The notes: generated by a model not told the origin, from the letters alone. A stretch of 55,827 nt of DNA from Candidatus Pelagibacter sp. TMED106 (GCA_002170275.2 NHFH02000012.1:1-55827); one strand, 5' to 3'; positions 42,892 to 52,352 are shown, numbered from the stretch's first letter. Numbers and translations are program-made.

Positions 42892-44033
42892 TTTTTATAA
42901 ATTTTTCCTAAATAAGATTCTAAGAACTTTCTATTTTTTACTAATCTTTTCAAAAAAATATTTCTAAAAAATGTAATTAAAGGATTAGATAAATGAAAAA
43001 CAAACTGATTAATCTTTGATCTAATGTTAACCATTTTAGTTTTGTTTACTCTATTCTTGAAAAAATTACCTTCAGTATTATTTTTGATACTTTTGAATAA
43101 CTCATATGCACCCTCTATTGACTGTGATGCCCCTTGAGCAAAAGACGGAGGGAAAGCAAAAAAAGCATCACCAATTAAATGAATATGATTATTTCGAAAT
43201 CGATAAAAATTATCACTAACAAACACTGGAAAAATTTTTAATTCTTTAAGATCATCTATAAATTCTTTATTTTTTATAGGAATCTTTCCTAAAACCTTTT
43301 GAATAAAAACTTTATCATTAAATAATGAATGATTTTTTTTTTCTAAATTTGACAGATGATATTTCATTATAGCTATAAAATTTAAGTCTCCAAAAGAATT
43401 TACTGGATAAATTACTTGATGGAAATTTGATCCTAGAAATAAAGAAATATTTTTATTGTCTATGTCGTCATGAATTCTGGATAAGGAGCCTCTTATTGCT
43501 AATGTATCGTTATATCTTGGTTTAACTTGGTTATTTGAAAGAATACTTTTGCTTTTTGAGAAGACTCCATCAGAAATTATTAAATAATCACATTCATCAA
43601 TCTCATCATTTTCAAAAGAAAGTAAAATTTTATGATCTTGTTGGTCAATCTTTGAAAGATTACAGCCATTCTTTATTTCATTTCCTAAATCTTTTTTTAA
43701 AAAATTGATTAAAACAGATCTTTTTAAAGTGGTGTATTTGTAATCATCTGAATTAAAGTCGGAAATATTTAATTCACATATTTTATTAAAACTTTTATTA
43801 GAATAAAAATTAATTTTATCCGGGGTAAATTTTTCATCTTTTCTTAATCTATCAAATCCAATTTCATTCAAAAGTTTGATACTATTGACTGATAATTGAA
43901 TTCCATAACCCTCATCTAAATTAATTGATTTATTTTTTTCATAAATTTTAATTTGATAATTTGAATTTTTTTTGAATAAATTTGCAATAAATAATCCTGA
44001 TATCCCAGCTCCAATAATGGCAATTTTTTTCAT
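42888..44033 (-). CDS. FAD-dependent monooxygenase (salicylate hydroxylase-like), substrate unknown
   Basis: IAIIGAGISGL, GYGIQLS.N, SDGVFS and LIGDA..PPSFAQGA fingerprints. Confidence 0.85.
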   Translation of the reverse strand: MKKIAIIGAGISGLFIANLFKKNSNYQIKIYEKNKSINLDEGYGIQLSVNSIKLLNEIGFDRLRKDEKFTPDKINFYSNKSFNKICELNISDFNSDDYKYTTLKRSVLINFLKKDLGNEIKNGCNLSKIDQQDHKILLSFENDEIDECDYLIISDGVFSKSKSILSNNQVKPRYNDTLAIRGSLSRIHDDIDNKNISLFLGSNFHQVIYPVNSFGDLNFIAIMKYHLSNLEKKNHSLFNDKVFIQKVLGKIPIKNKEFIDDLKELKIFPVFVSDNFYRFRNNHIHLIGDAFFAFPPSFAQGASQSIEGAYELFKSIKNNTEGNFFKNRVNKTKMVNIRSKINQFVFHLSNPLITFFRNIFLKRLVKNRKFLESYLGKIYKN

Positions 44034-45013
44034 TAATTACTCTCCAAATATTTAACAACCTTTTTTGTAAATGTTGGTAAAATATAATTCTTTATTTTTT
44101 TTTTATCTACCCAATAAGATGAAGGTAGTTTTTTATTATTTTTTGAATATTGAATCTCAATGTTCATATTCATGTTTGACATTTTAAAATTTAAATTTTG
44201 ATTAAAATTTTTTGGATTAGATAGTTCTTCCATAGGGAATATTATTAAATTCTTTAAAAAATTGAACTTGGTATTTTTAATTAATAAGTACCTTTGATTT
44301 TTTTTATAAATTTTTAAGATGAAATATTTATTTTTATTTTTTTTTATATTCTTTTTAATGCTAAAATCATTCTTTTTGAAAGATTTACAATTTTTTGAGA
44401 TAGGGCATTTAGTACATAAAGGATTATTTGGTTTGCAAATTAATGCTCCTAACTCCATTAAGGCTTGAGCATAGTCACTTGACCTTGATGATATTCCAAA
44501 TATAGATTTTTTTTTAATCAGGTTATCTTTTTGTGTCTCTTTGTCCTTTTTTAAATAAAGATATCTTTTTAACACTCTTTCTATGTTTCCATCTAAAGGT
44601 ATGTACGGCTTATTAAAAACAATCGCTAAAATGGCACTCGCAGTATAATATCCTATTCCAGGTAGTGAAATCAAATCTTCAAAATTATTAGGTAATTTTC
44701 CATGAAAATTTTTAATGATAACTTGTGCAGTTTTTTTTAAATTCCTTACCCTAGAATAATATCCAAGACCCTCCCAAAGTTTTATAAGTTTTTTATTTTG
44801 AGATTTTGCAAGAATTTTAAGATTGGGGACATTTTTTATAAATCTATTAAAATATGGTATTACGGTTACAACCTGTGTTTGTTGCAACATAAATTCGCTT
44901 ACTAAGGTGAAATACTGTCTTTTTTGTAAACAAACATTTTTTCGCCATGGTAATGATCTTTTATTAATATCATACCATTTAAGAATATTTTTTGTTATTA
45001 ATTGTTCTTTCAT
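44033..45013 (-). CDS. mutY: A/G-specific adenine glycosylase
   Basis: RSLPWR, VSEFMLQQTQV, WEGLGYYSR, LPGIG.YTA, LDGN and C-x6-C-x2-C-x5-C. ATG 45013 (MKEQLITK) preferred to TTG 45058. Confidence 0.95.
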   Translation of the reverse strand: MKEQLITKNILKWYDINKRSLPWRKNVCLQKRQYFTLVSEFMLQQTQVVTVIPYFNRFIKNVPNLKILAKSQNKKLIKLWEGLGYYSRVRNLKKTAQVIIKNFHGKLPNNFEDLISLPGIGYYTASAILAIVFNKPYIPLDGNIERVLKRYLYLKKDKETQKDNLIKKKSIFGISSRSSDYAQALMELGALICKPNNPLCTKCPISKNCKSFKKNDFSIKKNIKKNKNKYFILKIYKKNQRYLLIKNTKFNFLKNLIIFPMEELSNPKNFNQNLNFKMSNMNMNIEIQYSKNNKKLPSSYWVDKKKIKNYILPTFTKKVVKYLESN

Positions 45014-45501
45014 ATGCAATTTAAAAATAATACTAAGCAGAGAAATGGAACCATTCAAGGTTTAAGATCCTTTAAAGACACTTTGCCAAAAATATAAAAA
45101 GAGTTATTAAGAAAAAAGGCCATATTTATTCCGAAACCTTAAGTAATTGGAAATACATTGTTGGGGATAACTTGTTTAAAATTTGTTATCCAAAATCCTT
45201 TAGAAGCTCAAATAAGTTTGGCGTAAGTACTTTGTTTATAATGGTGAAAAGAGGCAATGAAGTTGACTTGGAATATTCAAAAAAAGATATAATAGAAAAA
45301 TTGAATAGTTTTTTTGGATATTCAGTTGTAGAAAAATTAAAGTTTACAAGTTTTGATGATGAAAAAAAAATATCTGGTAATTTTAATATAGAAAAATCAA
45401 ATGTGACAATTAATAAATATCATCAAAAAATTAATAGTGTTAAAAATGAAAAAATAAAAAAATCACTAATCAACTTAACAAAGGTATTTAAGGGAAAATG
45501 A
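45014..45501 (+). CDS. dciA: DciA/DUF721 family protein; frameshifted in the A-run at 45088-45092
   Basis: The ATG 45014 frame (MQFKNN...DTLPK) stops at 45095. The -1 frame continues NIKRVIKKKG...NWKYIVG...IIEKLNSFFGY, the DUF721 pattern (W..IVG; I...N.FFG). mutY / DUF721-dsbA-smc synteny. Confidence 0.8.
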
Positions 45502-46085
45502 AAAAAATAATTTTTTTGATGTTTATTATTATTGGCTCAAATAATAATCTATTTGCTGATAATTCTGATGAAATTAAAAGAATTGTTGAAGGAAATAAAG
45601 ATGCCAAAATAATAATTATTGCCTATGAGTCACTAACTTGTGGGCACTGTGCAAATTTCCACAAAGAGGTTTATCCTGAACTAAAAAAAGAATTCATCGA
45701 TAAAGGTCTAGTAAAAATTGAATTTAGAAATTTTCCATTAGATATGGCAGCACTTAACGCATCAAAGATTGCCCACTGCAAAAATGATGGAGACTCAAAT
45801 TTATTACATATCTTGTTTCGTAACCAAAAAAAGTGGGCAAAAGGTGAAAACATAGAGGAGGCTAATAATCATTTAAAAAAACTCCTAGACAGTGAAGGAA
45901 TAAACTTAGATTTTGAAAGGTGTATTGCAAAAAAAAATATTGAAGATTATGTTTTAAATGATCGAATCGAAGGTGTAAAAAAATTTGAAATTAATGCTAC
46001 TCCTACGATAATAATTAATGATAAAAAGTTTGATAAAACACTAAATTATAAAAATTTAAAAAAATACATAGAAAAACTGATATAA
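45498..46085 (+). CDS. DsbA family thioredoxin-fold protein
   Basis: Signal peptide, YESLTCGHCANFH (CxxC), FRNFPLD and cis-Pro INATPT. Confidence 0.92.
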   Translation: MKKIIFLMFIIIGSNNNLFADNSDEIKRIVEGNKDAKIIIIAYESLTCGHCANFHKEVYPELKKEFIDKGLVKIEFRNFPLDMAALNASKIAHCKNDGDSNLLHILFRNQKKWAKGENIEEANNHLKKLLDSEGINLDFERCIAKKNIEDYVLNDRIEGVKKFEINATPTIIINDKKFDKTLNYKNLKKYIEKLI

Positions 46086-46093
46086 GTTAATCC

Positions 46094-48490
46094 ATGGAGT
46101 TTAAAAAAATCTATCTTAATGGATTTAAGTCTTTTGCGGAAAAAACAAATTTTCTCATTGAAGAAGGTTTGACTGGAATTGTAGGACCCAATGGATGTGG
46201 AAAGTCAAACATAGTTGAATCATTGAGATGGGTGATGGGAGAAACATCAGCAAAAAGTATGCGAGGATCTGGCATGGAAGATGTGATCTTTTCAGGTACT
46301 TCAAACAAAGCCTCAAAAAATATTGCTGAAGTTTCAATTAGTCTTGATAACAATGATAATGATGCCCCTTTACAATATAAAGATTTAGACAAAATTGAAG
46401 TGAGAAGAAAAATTGAAAAAGACAAAGGGTCTAAATTTTATATAAATGATAAAGAAGTTAGGGCTAGAGATGCGCAAATGTTTTTTGCAGATTTATCGAC
46501 TGGTGCACATTCTCCATCAATGATTAGCCAAGGACGAATAGGAGCGTTAGTTACTGCAAAGCCAGCTGATAGAAGAACAATATTAGAAGAAGCAGCAAAT
46601 ATTTCTGGACTTCATGTGAGAAGGCACGAAGCAGAACTGAGATTAAATGCAGCAGAAAATAATTTAAAAAGAGCAGATGAATTAAGAAAACAGCAAGAAA
46701 AACAGTTAGCGAGTCTACAAAAACAAGCTGAAGAAGCTACAAAATATAAAGCTATATCTGATGAAATTAAAAAAATAGAAGCCGGATTATATTATTTAAA
46801 GTTATTAAATATCGACGATGAAATTAAAATTGAAAATGTGATCAACACTGAAGCGGAAGGTGAAGTAAGCGGATTTAACCAAAAAATTAACTATTTCGAA
46901 AATCTAATTAAAACTGAAACTAATAAAGTTTCTCCTTTAAGGGAAAAAAATATTGAGAATTTATCAAAAATACAACGTTTAAATTTAGAATTACAAAATT
47001 TAGATGAAGAAAATATTAGAACTCAGGACGAAATAGAAAATATCAAAAAATCACTTAAAACTCTTGAGGAAGATATAGATAGAGAAAAAGGAATAGTTAT
47101 TGATGCAAATTCAAATGAAAAAAGACTTAAAGAAGAAAAAAATGAATTAATTGAAATAGATTCTAAATATTTTGAAACAGAAAAAATGTCTAATGAGAGT
47201 TTGAGCTCTACAAAAGATAAGTTAAAAAATGAAATAGAAAAAATTAAAGAATTGATAAATATGAAAAAAAATGAAGAAGCAATAACTATTCTTGATAATT
47301 GTAAAATAATCATAGAAGAATATGCTGATAGTTATAGTAAGAATCAAAATATCAAAAAAGAATCAATAAAAAGAAACGAAAGAATTAAAACAATTGAGTC
47401 AGAAACTGAAAGTTGGAAAAATTTACTTTTAAATTCTGAAAAAATGGTAAAAGAATTAAGTGAAAGAAAAAATAAATTGTCTACTCAATTAAATGAACTT
47501 GATCAAAGACCAAAAATCCAGGCTGAAAAAAAAGGAGAAATTTCTGAAGCTTTAAGAGTTTCTGAAAAGGAAAAAATAGAAAATGAAACTATAATTGAAG
47601 AAACAGATAAAAAGATAAATTCTTTAAGAATTGAATTAAATGATGTTCAAGAAAAATCAATCCAAATAAGAGAAAGAAAAGCTAGTTCAGGAGCAACTAT
47701 TGAAGGATTAAAAAAAAGAAAAGATGATTTGTTGGAAAGAGTTAGTTCAGAACTTAATCTTAATGAAGATAATATTTTAGAAAATTCGAATCTAAATGGT
47801 TTAGAGGAATTACCAGATGCGATATCCCAAGAAGAAAGTTTAGATGCAAAAAAACGAGAAAGAGACAAATTAGGATCTGTTAATTTGCGTGCTGATGAAG
47901 AAACAAATAAATACGAAACTGAAATAAAGAAGATGGAACAAGATAGAGCAGATCTAGTATCAGCAATTGTGAAATTAAAAGAAAGTATTAATGAATTAAA
48001 TCAAAAGGGAAGACAAAGACTTTTAGATGCTTTTGAAAAAGTAAATAGAAAATTTAATGAAGTTTATACAAAATTATTTAATGGTGGAAGTGCTAAGCTC
48101 GAATTAGTGGACTCTGACGATCCACTTGAGGCAGGTCTTGAAATGTTAGTAAGTCCTCCTGGTAAAAGATTACAATCTATAACTCTTTTGTCTGGTGGAG
48201 AACAAGCATTGACTGCTTTGTCTCTGATTTTTGCAGTATTTTTAACAAATCCATCTCCAATATGTGTATTAGATGAGGTTGATGCACCTTTAGACGATGC
48301 CAATGTAACTAGATTTTGTAATTTACTAGAAGAATTAATAAAAATAACTAACACAAAATTTATTATTGTAACTCACCATGCATTAACAATGTCGAAAATG
48401 AACAGACTTTATGGAGTAACGATGCCAGAAAAAGGTATAAGTCAATTAGTTGCTGTTGATTTACAAAAAGCCGAGAGTATGGTTGCTTAG
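46094..48490 (+). CDS. smc: Chromosome segregation SMC family protein, unusually short (798 aa)
   Basis: GFKSFA, Walker A GPNGCGKSN, SMRGSGMEDVIFSG, Q-loop ISQG, PPGKRLQSITLLSGGE, LDEVDAPLD and VTH; long coiled coil between the head halves. Confidence 0.95.
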   Translation: MEFKKIYLNGFKSFAEKTNFLIEEGLTGIVGPNGCGKSNIVESLRWVMGETSAKSMRGSGMEDVIFSGTSNKASKNIAEVSISLDNNDNDAPLQYKDLDKIEVRRKIEKDKGSKFYINDKEVRARDAQMFFADLSTGAHSPSMISQGRIGALVTAKPADRRTILEEAANISGLHVRRHEAELRLNAAENNLKRADELRKQQEKQLASLQKQAEEATKYKAISDEIKKIEAGLYYLKLLNIDDEIKIENVINTEAEGEVSGFNQKINYFENLIKTETNKVSPLREKNIENLSKIQRLNLELQNLDEENIRTQDEIENIKKSLKTLEEDIDREKGIVIDANSNEKRLKEEKNELIEIDSKYFETEKMSNESLSSTKDKLKNEIEKIKELINMKKNEEAITILDNCKIIIEEYADSYSKNQNIKKESIKRNERIKTIESETESWKNLLLNSEKMVKELSERKNKLSTQLNELDQRPKIQAEKKGEISEALRVSEKEKIENETIIEETDKKINSLRIELNDVQEKSIQIRERKASSGATIEGLKKRKDDLLERVSSELNLNEDNILENSNLNGLEELPDAISQEESLDAKKRERDKLGSVNLRADEETNKYETEIKKMEQDRADLVSAIVKLKESINELNQKGRQRLLDAFEKVNRKFNEVYTKLFNGGSAKLELVDSDDPLEAGLEMLVSPPGKRLQSITLLSGGEQALTALSLIFAVFLTNPSPICVLDEVDAPLDDANVTRFCNLLEELIKITNTKFIIVTHHALTMSKMNRLYGVTMPEKGISQLVAVDLQKAESMVA

Positions 48491-48495
48491 ATTAA

Positions 48496-48771
48496 ATGCC
48501 AAAAGATACATTCAAAACTCGCTTAGAGATTGCAAAATCAAAAATTTTTAAGAGAAATTTAAATAAAAACAATCAACCATCGTCATCTATAGGGACAGCC
48601 TTCAAAATGAGCACTGAATTAGTCTCTGCAGTCGCAGTTGGGACAATTATTGGGTTTCTTTTAGACAAGACCTTTGGTACTAAGCCTTGGTTAATATTAA
48701 TATTTTTTTTTGTAGGTGTCGTTGCTGGAATAGTAAATGTTATTAAATCTGCAAATAAAATGCAAAAATAG
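48496..48771 (+). CDS. atpI: ATP synthase protein I (AtpZ/AtpI family)
   Basis: ELVSAVAVG..IG..LD..FGTKPW two-TM pattern; precedes subunit a. Confidence 0.92.
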   Translation: MPKDTFKTRLEIAKSKIFKRNLNKNNQPSSSIGTAFKMSTELVSAVAVGTIIGFLLDKTFGTKPWLILIFFFVGVVAGIVNVIKSANKMQK

Positions 48772-48790
48772 ACTTAAAGAATAAAGAATT

Positions 48791-49525
48791 ATGGCCACAA
48801 ATCCGATGCACCAATTCGAAGTATATAGAATTGGGCCAGAAATAAAATTAGGATCAATTGACATTTCATTTACGAATGCAAGTTTATTTATGGTAATTAG
48901 TTCACTTGCAATTTTATTAGTTTTTAATTTTGGTTCAAAAAAAAATTCTATTTTACCAAACAAAATTCAATTATTATCTGAATTAAGCTATACTTTTGTT
49001 TCTAAGATGATTAATGACACTGCCGGATCTAAGGCGAAACCTTATTTTTCTTTTATTTTTTCACTATTCATGTTTGTTTTGTTTTGTAATATGTTTGGAA
49101 TGATACCTTATACTTTTACAGTAACTAGTCATATTATTGTTACATTTATTTTAGCAGCATTTATTTTTATTGGGGTAACAGTAATCGGTTTTGTAAAACA
49201 TGGGTTGGGTTATCTAAAATTATTTGTTCCAAGTGGGGTTCCAGTGGTTCTTTTGCCTTTAATTGTAATCATCGAAATTATTTCTTATTTAAGTAGACCA
49301 ATAAGTCTTTCGGTACGTTTGTTTGCTAACATGATGGCTGGACATACTATGATGAAAGTTTTTGGAGGCTTTGTAATAAGTTTAGGAATAGTTGGTGGAT
49401 GGCTTCCACTAAGTTTTTCGGTTGCTCTAACGGGTTTGGAGATATTAGTTGCTTTTCTTCAAGCTTATGTTTTTGCAATCTTAACCTGCATCTATTTAAA
49501 TGATGCATTAAATTTACACCATTAA
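48791..49525 (+). CDS. atpB: F0F1 ATP synthase subunit a
   Basis: RPISLSVRLFANMMAGH and LQAYVFAILTCIYL. Confidence 0.99.
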   Translation: MATNPMHQFEVYRIGPEIKLGSIDISFTNASLFMVISSLAILLVFNFGSKKNSILPNKIQLLSELSYTFVSKMINDTAGSKAKPYFSFIFSLFMFVLFCNMFGMIPYTFTVTSHIIVTFILAAFIFIGVTVIGFVKHGLGYLKLFVPSGVPVVLLPLIVIIEIISYLSRPISLSVRLFANMMAGHTMMKVFGGFVISLGIVGGWLPLSFSVALTGLEILVAFLQAYVFAILTCIYLNDALNLHH

Positions 49526-49532
49526 TTAACAA

Positions 49533-49539
49533 AAGGAGG
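49533..49539 (+). promoter_or_regulatory. Strong Shine-Dalgarno sequence of atpE
   Basis: AAGGAGG 5 nt before ATG 49545. Confidence 0.8.
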
Positions 49540-49544
49540 ATATA

Positions 49545-49772
49545 ATGGAGTTAGAAGCAGCAAAAATGATCGGAGCAGGGCTAGCGGCGATAGCTTTAGC
49601 TGGAGCCGGTGTTGGAATTGGAATTATTTTTGGTAATTACCTTTCTGGTGCAATGAGAAATCCATCTGCAGCTCAAAAACAATTTCCTAATCTTTTATTA
49701 GGATTTGCTTTAGCAGAAGCTACTGGTCTATTTGGATTAGTTGTGGCATTAATTATTTTATTTGCATTTTAG
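49545..49772 (+). CDS. atpE: F0F1 ATP synthase subunit c
   Basis: GAGVGIG glycine stripe, RNP loop and proton-binding Glu in ALAEATG. Confidence 0.99.
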   Translation: MELEAAKMIGAGLAAIALAGAGVGIGIIFGNYLSGAMRNPSAAQKQFPNLLLGFALAEATGLFGLVVALIILFAF

Positions 49773-49777
49773 ATTTA

Positions 49778-50368
49778 ATGATTAAAAAAATATTATTTCA
49801 GTCAATATTTTTAAGCTTTCTATTTACATTGAAAGCTTTTGCTGCTGAGAGTGGGGGTATGCCTCAATTAAATCCTGAGTTTTGGATTTCTCAAATTTTC
49901 TGGTTAACAATAACTTTTGGAATTTTATACATTTTATTATCTAGATTTATACTTCCAAGAATAAGCAATAACTTAGAGACAAGAAAATCACAAATTTCAG
50001 AAAACATTGAGGCCGCTGACAAACAAAGAAAAGATAGTGAGTTAAAAATAAAAGAATATGAAAAAACTATTTTAGATACTAAAAATAAAGCTAAAACTTA
50101 CTTTCAACAATCTAGAGAAAAAATAATCAAAGATATAAATATCAAAAGAGAAAGTTTAGATAAAGATCTTTCAGAGGAGGTAAAGAAAGCTGAAACTGAA
50201 ATTCAAAATTTAAAAAATCAAGCTCCTCAAAAGATCAATAAAATTGCAATTGAAACTTCTAAAGATTTGGTACAGCAACTTATAGGTGTTGAAGTAAATA
50301 ATAGTAGTATTTCAGCTATTGTAGATGATCTTTCAAAAAAAAACTTAGGTAAATATTATGGCAATTGA
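49778..50368 (+). CDS. atpF2: F0F1 ATP synthase subunit b'
   Basis: GMPQLNPEFWISQIFWL...LPRI...LETR typical of alphaproteobacterial b'. Confidence 0.93.
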   Translation: MIKKILFQSIFLSFLFTLKAFAAESGGMPQLNPEFWISQIFWLTITFGILYILLSRFILPRISNNLETRKSQISENIEAADKQRKDSELKIKEYEKTILDTKNKAKTYFQQSREKIIKDINIKRESLDKDLSEEVKKAETEIQNLKNQAPQKINKIAIETSKDLVQQLIGVEVNNSSISAIVDDLSKKNLGKYYGN

Positions 50369-50855
50369 TGCAACATTTTGGGTAGCAGTATCATTTGCTA
50401 TTTTTTTTGGTGGTTTGATTTATTTGAAAATACCTCAAAAGATTAATGATATTCTAAATAAACTTATACTAGAGATTAAAAATGAAATTGATGAGAGTGA
50501 AAAATTGAGATCTGAAGCTAAAATTTTATTAGACAACGCTCAAAGTAAATTGGATACAGCGACAAATGTTAGTAAGGAAATAATGGAACAAGCAAAAAAG
50601 GATAGTGATAGACTTATCATAGAAATGAATGATAAATTTCATAAATCAGCTGAAATTAAAAAAAATCTTACCCAGGTTAAGATTATACAAATGAAAGAAG
50701 CTGCAATTAAAGAAATTAAAGATGCTTCTATAAAAGTCGCTGTAGATTCTGTTAAAAAAATTATTACTACCTCAATTGACAAATCAAAACTTGATAATCT
50801 TTTTGATAAAAATTTAGAGGAAACTAAAGCTTCTCTTAAAAAGATTAATTCATAA
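50358..50855 (+). CDS. atpF: F0F1 ATP synthase subunit b
   Basis: DATFWVAVSF N-terminal TM followed by a charged helix; last gene of the F0 operon. Confidence 0.93.
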   Translation: MAIDATFWVAVSFAIFFGGLIYLKIPQKINDILNKLILEIKNEIDESEKLRSEAKILLDNAQSKLDTATNVSKEIMEQAKKDSDRLIIEMNDKFHKSAEIKKNLTQVKIIQMKEAAIKEIKDASIKVAVDSVKKIITTSIDKSKLDNLFDKNLEETKASLKKINS

Positions 50856-50888
50856 TTCTCTTACAATTTTAATAAAAAGTTATAAATT

Positions 50889-52352
50889 ATGGAGATGAAA
50901 TCAATTGTAATAGGATCAGGTTTTGGTGGGATAGCTGCTGCTTTAAGATTAAAAGCTAAAAATCATAATGTTACATTAATTGAAAAACATTGTGACCTTG
51001 GTGGTAGAGCCAGAATATTCAAAAAAAATGGTTTTACATTTGATGCTGGACCCACTGTAATTACAGCTCCTTATTTAATCGAAGAACTCTTTCAACTTTT
51101 TAATAAAAAACCAGAGAATTATATAAAGCTCACCCCTCTTAAGATTTGGTATAGATTTATTTATGAAGATGGTGATCAGTTTGATTATTCAGGTGACGAA
51201 GAAGAAATGAAAAAGCAAATTAAAAGAATAAGTATAGATGATGTTGAAGGGTACGAAAAACTTGTAAAATTTACTAAAAAAATATTTGATAAAGGATTTA
51301 CAGAACTTGCAGATGTATCTTTTGATAAACCTTTGGTGATGATGAAACAGCTGCCCTCTCTCTTAAAATTAAAGAGTTATAAGTCTGTCTATTCGTTAGT
51401 TTCTGATTATATTAAAAATGAGAAATTAAGACGTATGTTAAGTATGCATCCATTATTGGTTGGTGGAAACCCTTTTACAACAACTTCAATTTATGGATTG
51501 ATACTATATTTAGAAAAAAAATGGGGCATACACTATTCAATGGGTGGTACTGGAAATATAATTAATGGCTTAGAAAAACTAATGATGGAAGAAGGAATTG
51601 AGATCATAAAAGGTCAAGAGGTCAAAAATATTATTTCAAAGAATAATAAAATTAAGGGAGTAAAACTAGACAACCAAAAAGAGATAAATGCAAACAATGT
51701 TATATGTAATGCAGACCCACCTGCTGTGTACGAAAAGCTTCTTAGCCAAACTAAAAATAGTACTCTATTTAAGTGGAAGCAAAAAAGAATGCAATATTCT
51801 ATGGGTCTTTTTGTTTACTATTTTGGAACTAAAAAAACATACCCAAATGTCGAACATCATACAATCAAGTTTGGTGACAAGTATAAAGAACACTTAAATG
51901 ATATATTTGATAAAAAAAAATTAAATAATGACATAAGTTACTATCTGCATAGACCCTCTGCTACAGATAAAACTATGGCACCGGAGGGAAATGATTGCTT
52001 CTATGTGCTAGTTCCAGTTCCAAATAATCAGTCCAAAATTGATTGGAAAATTGAAGGTGATAAAATGAAAGATTTAGTAATAGATAAAATGGAAAGAGCT
52101 TTATTACCTAATCTGAGAGAAAATATTATTGAAGACTTTTATTTAACCCCAGATTATTTCGAAAAAGAGCTAAATACAAAATTTGGCTCCGGGTTTTCTA
52201 TACAACCAAAATTTACACAATCTGCTTATTTTAGATTCCATAATAAATCTGAGGTTTGTGATGGATTATACTTTGTTGGTGCAGGAACGCATCCTGGTGC
52301 AGGTGTGCCTGGTGTGCTATCCTCTGCAAAAGTTTTAGATAAGATTATATAA
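50889..52352 (+). CDS. crtI: Phytoene desaturase
   Basis: VIGSGFGGIAAA, FDAGPTVIT, HPLLVGGNPF and GAGTHPGAGVPGVLSSAK. Confidence 0.97.
   Translation: MEMKSIVIGSGFGGIAAALRLKAKNHNVTLIEKHCDLGGRARIFKKNGFTFDAGPTVITAPYLIEELFQLFNKKPENYIKLTPLKIWYRFIYEDGDQFDYSGDEEEMKKQIKRISIDDVEGYEKLVKFTKKIFDKGFTELADVSFDKPLVMMKQLPSLLKLKSYKSVYSLVSDYIKNEKLRRMLSMHPLLVGGNPFTTTSIYGLILYLEKKWGIHYSMGGTGNIINGLEKLMMEEGIEIIKGQEVKNIISKNNKIKGVKLDNQKEINANNVICNADPPAVYEKLLSQTKNSTLFKWKQKRMQYSMGLFVYYFGTKKTYPNVEHHTIKFGDKYKEHLNDIFDKKKLNNDISYYLHRPSATDKTMAPEGNDCFYVLVPVPNNQSKIDWKIEGDKMKDLVIDKMERALLPNLRENIIEDFYLTPDYFEKELNTKFGSGFSIQPKFTQSAYFRFHNKSEVCDGLYFVGAGTHPGAGVPGVLSSAKVLDKII

Noticed and set aside
47290-47310. Rad50-type zinc hook at the SMC apex
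   Set aside because: Only one Cys (DNCK), no CxxC, and the head motifs are SMC-type.
49545-49772. Na+-translocating ATP synthase
   Set aside because: Subunit c has E-A-T and lacks the Q...E-S/T...Y sodium-binding signature; proton type.
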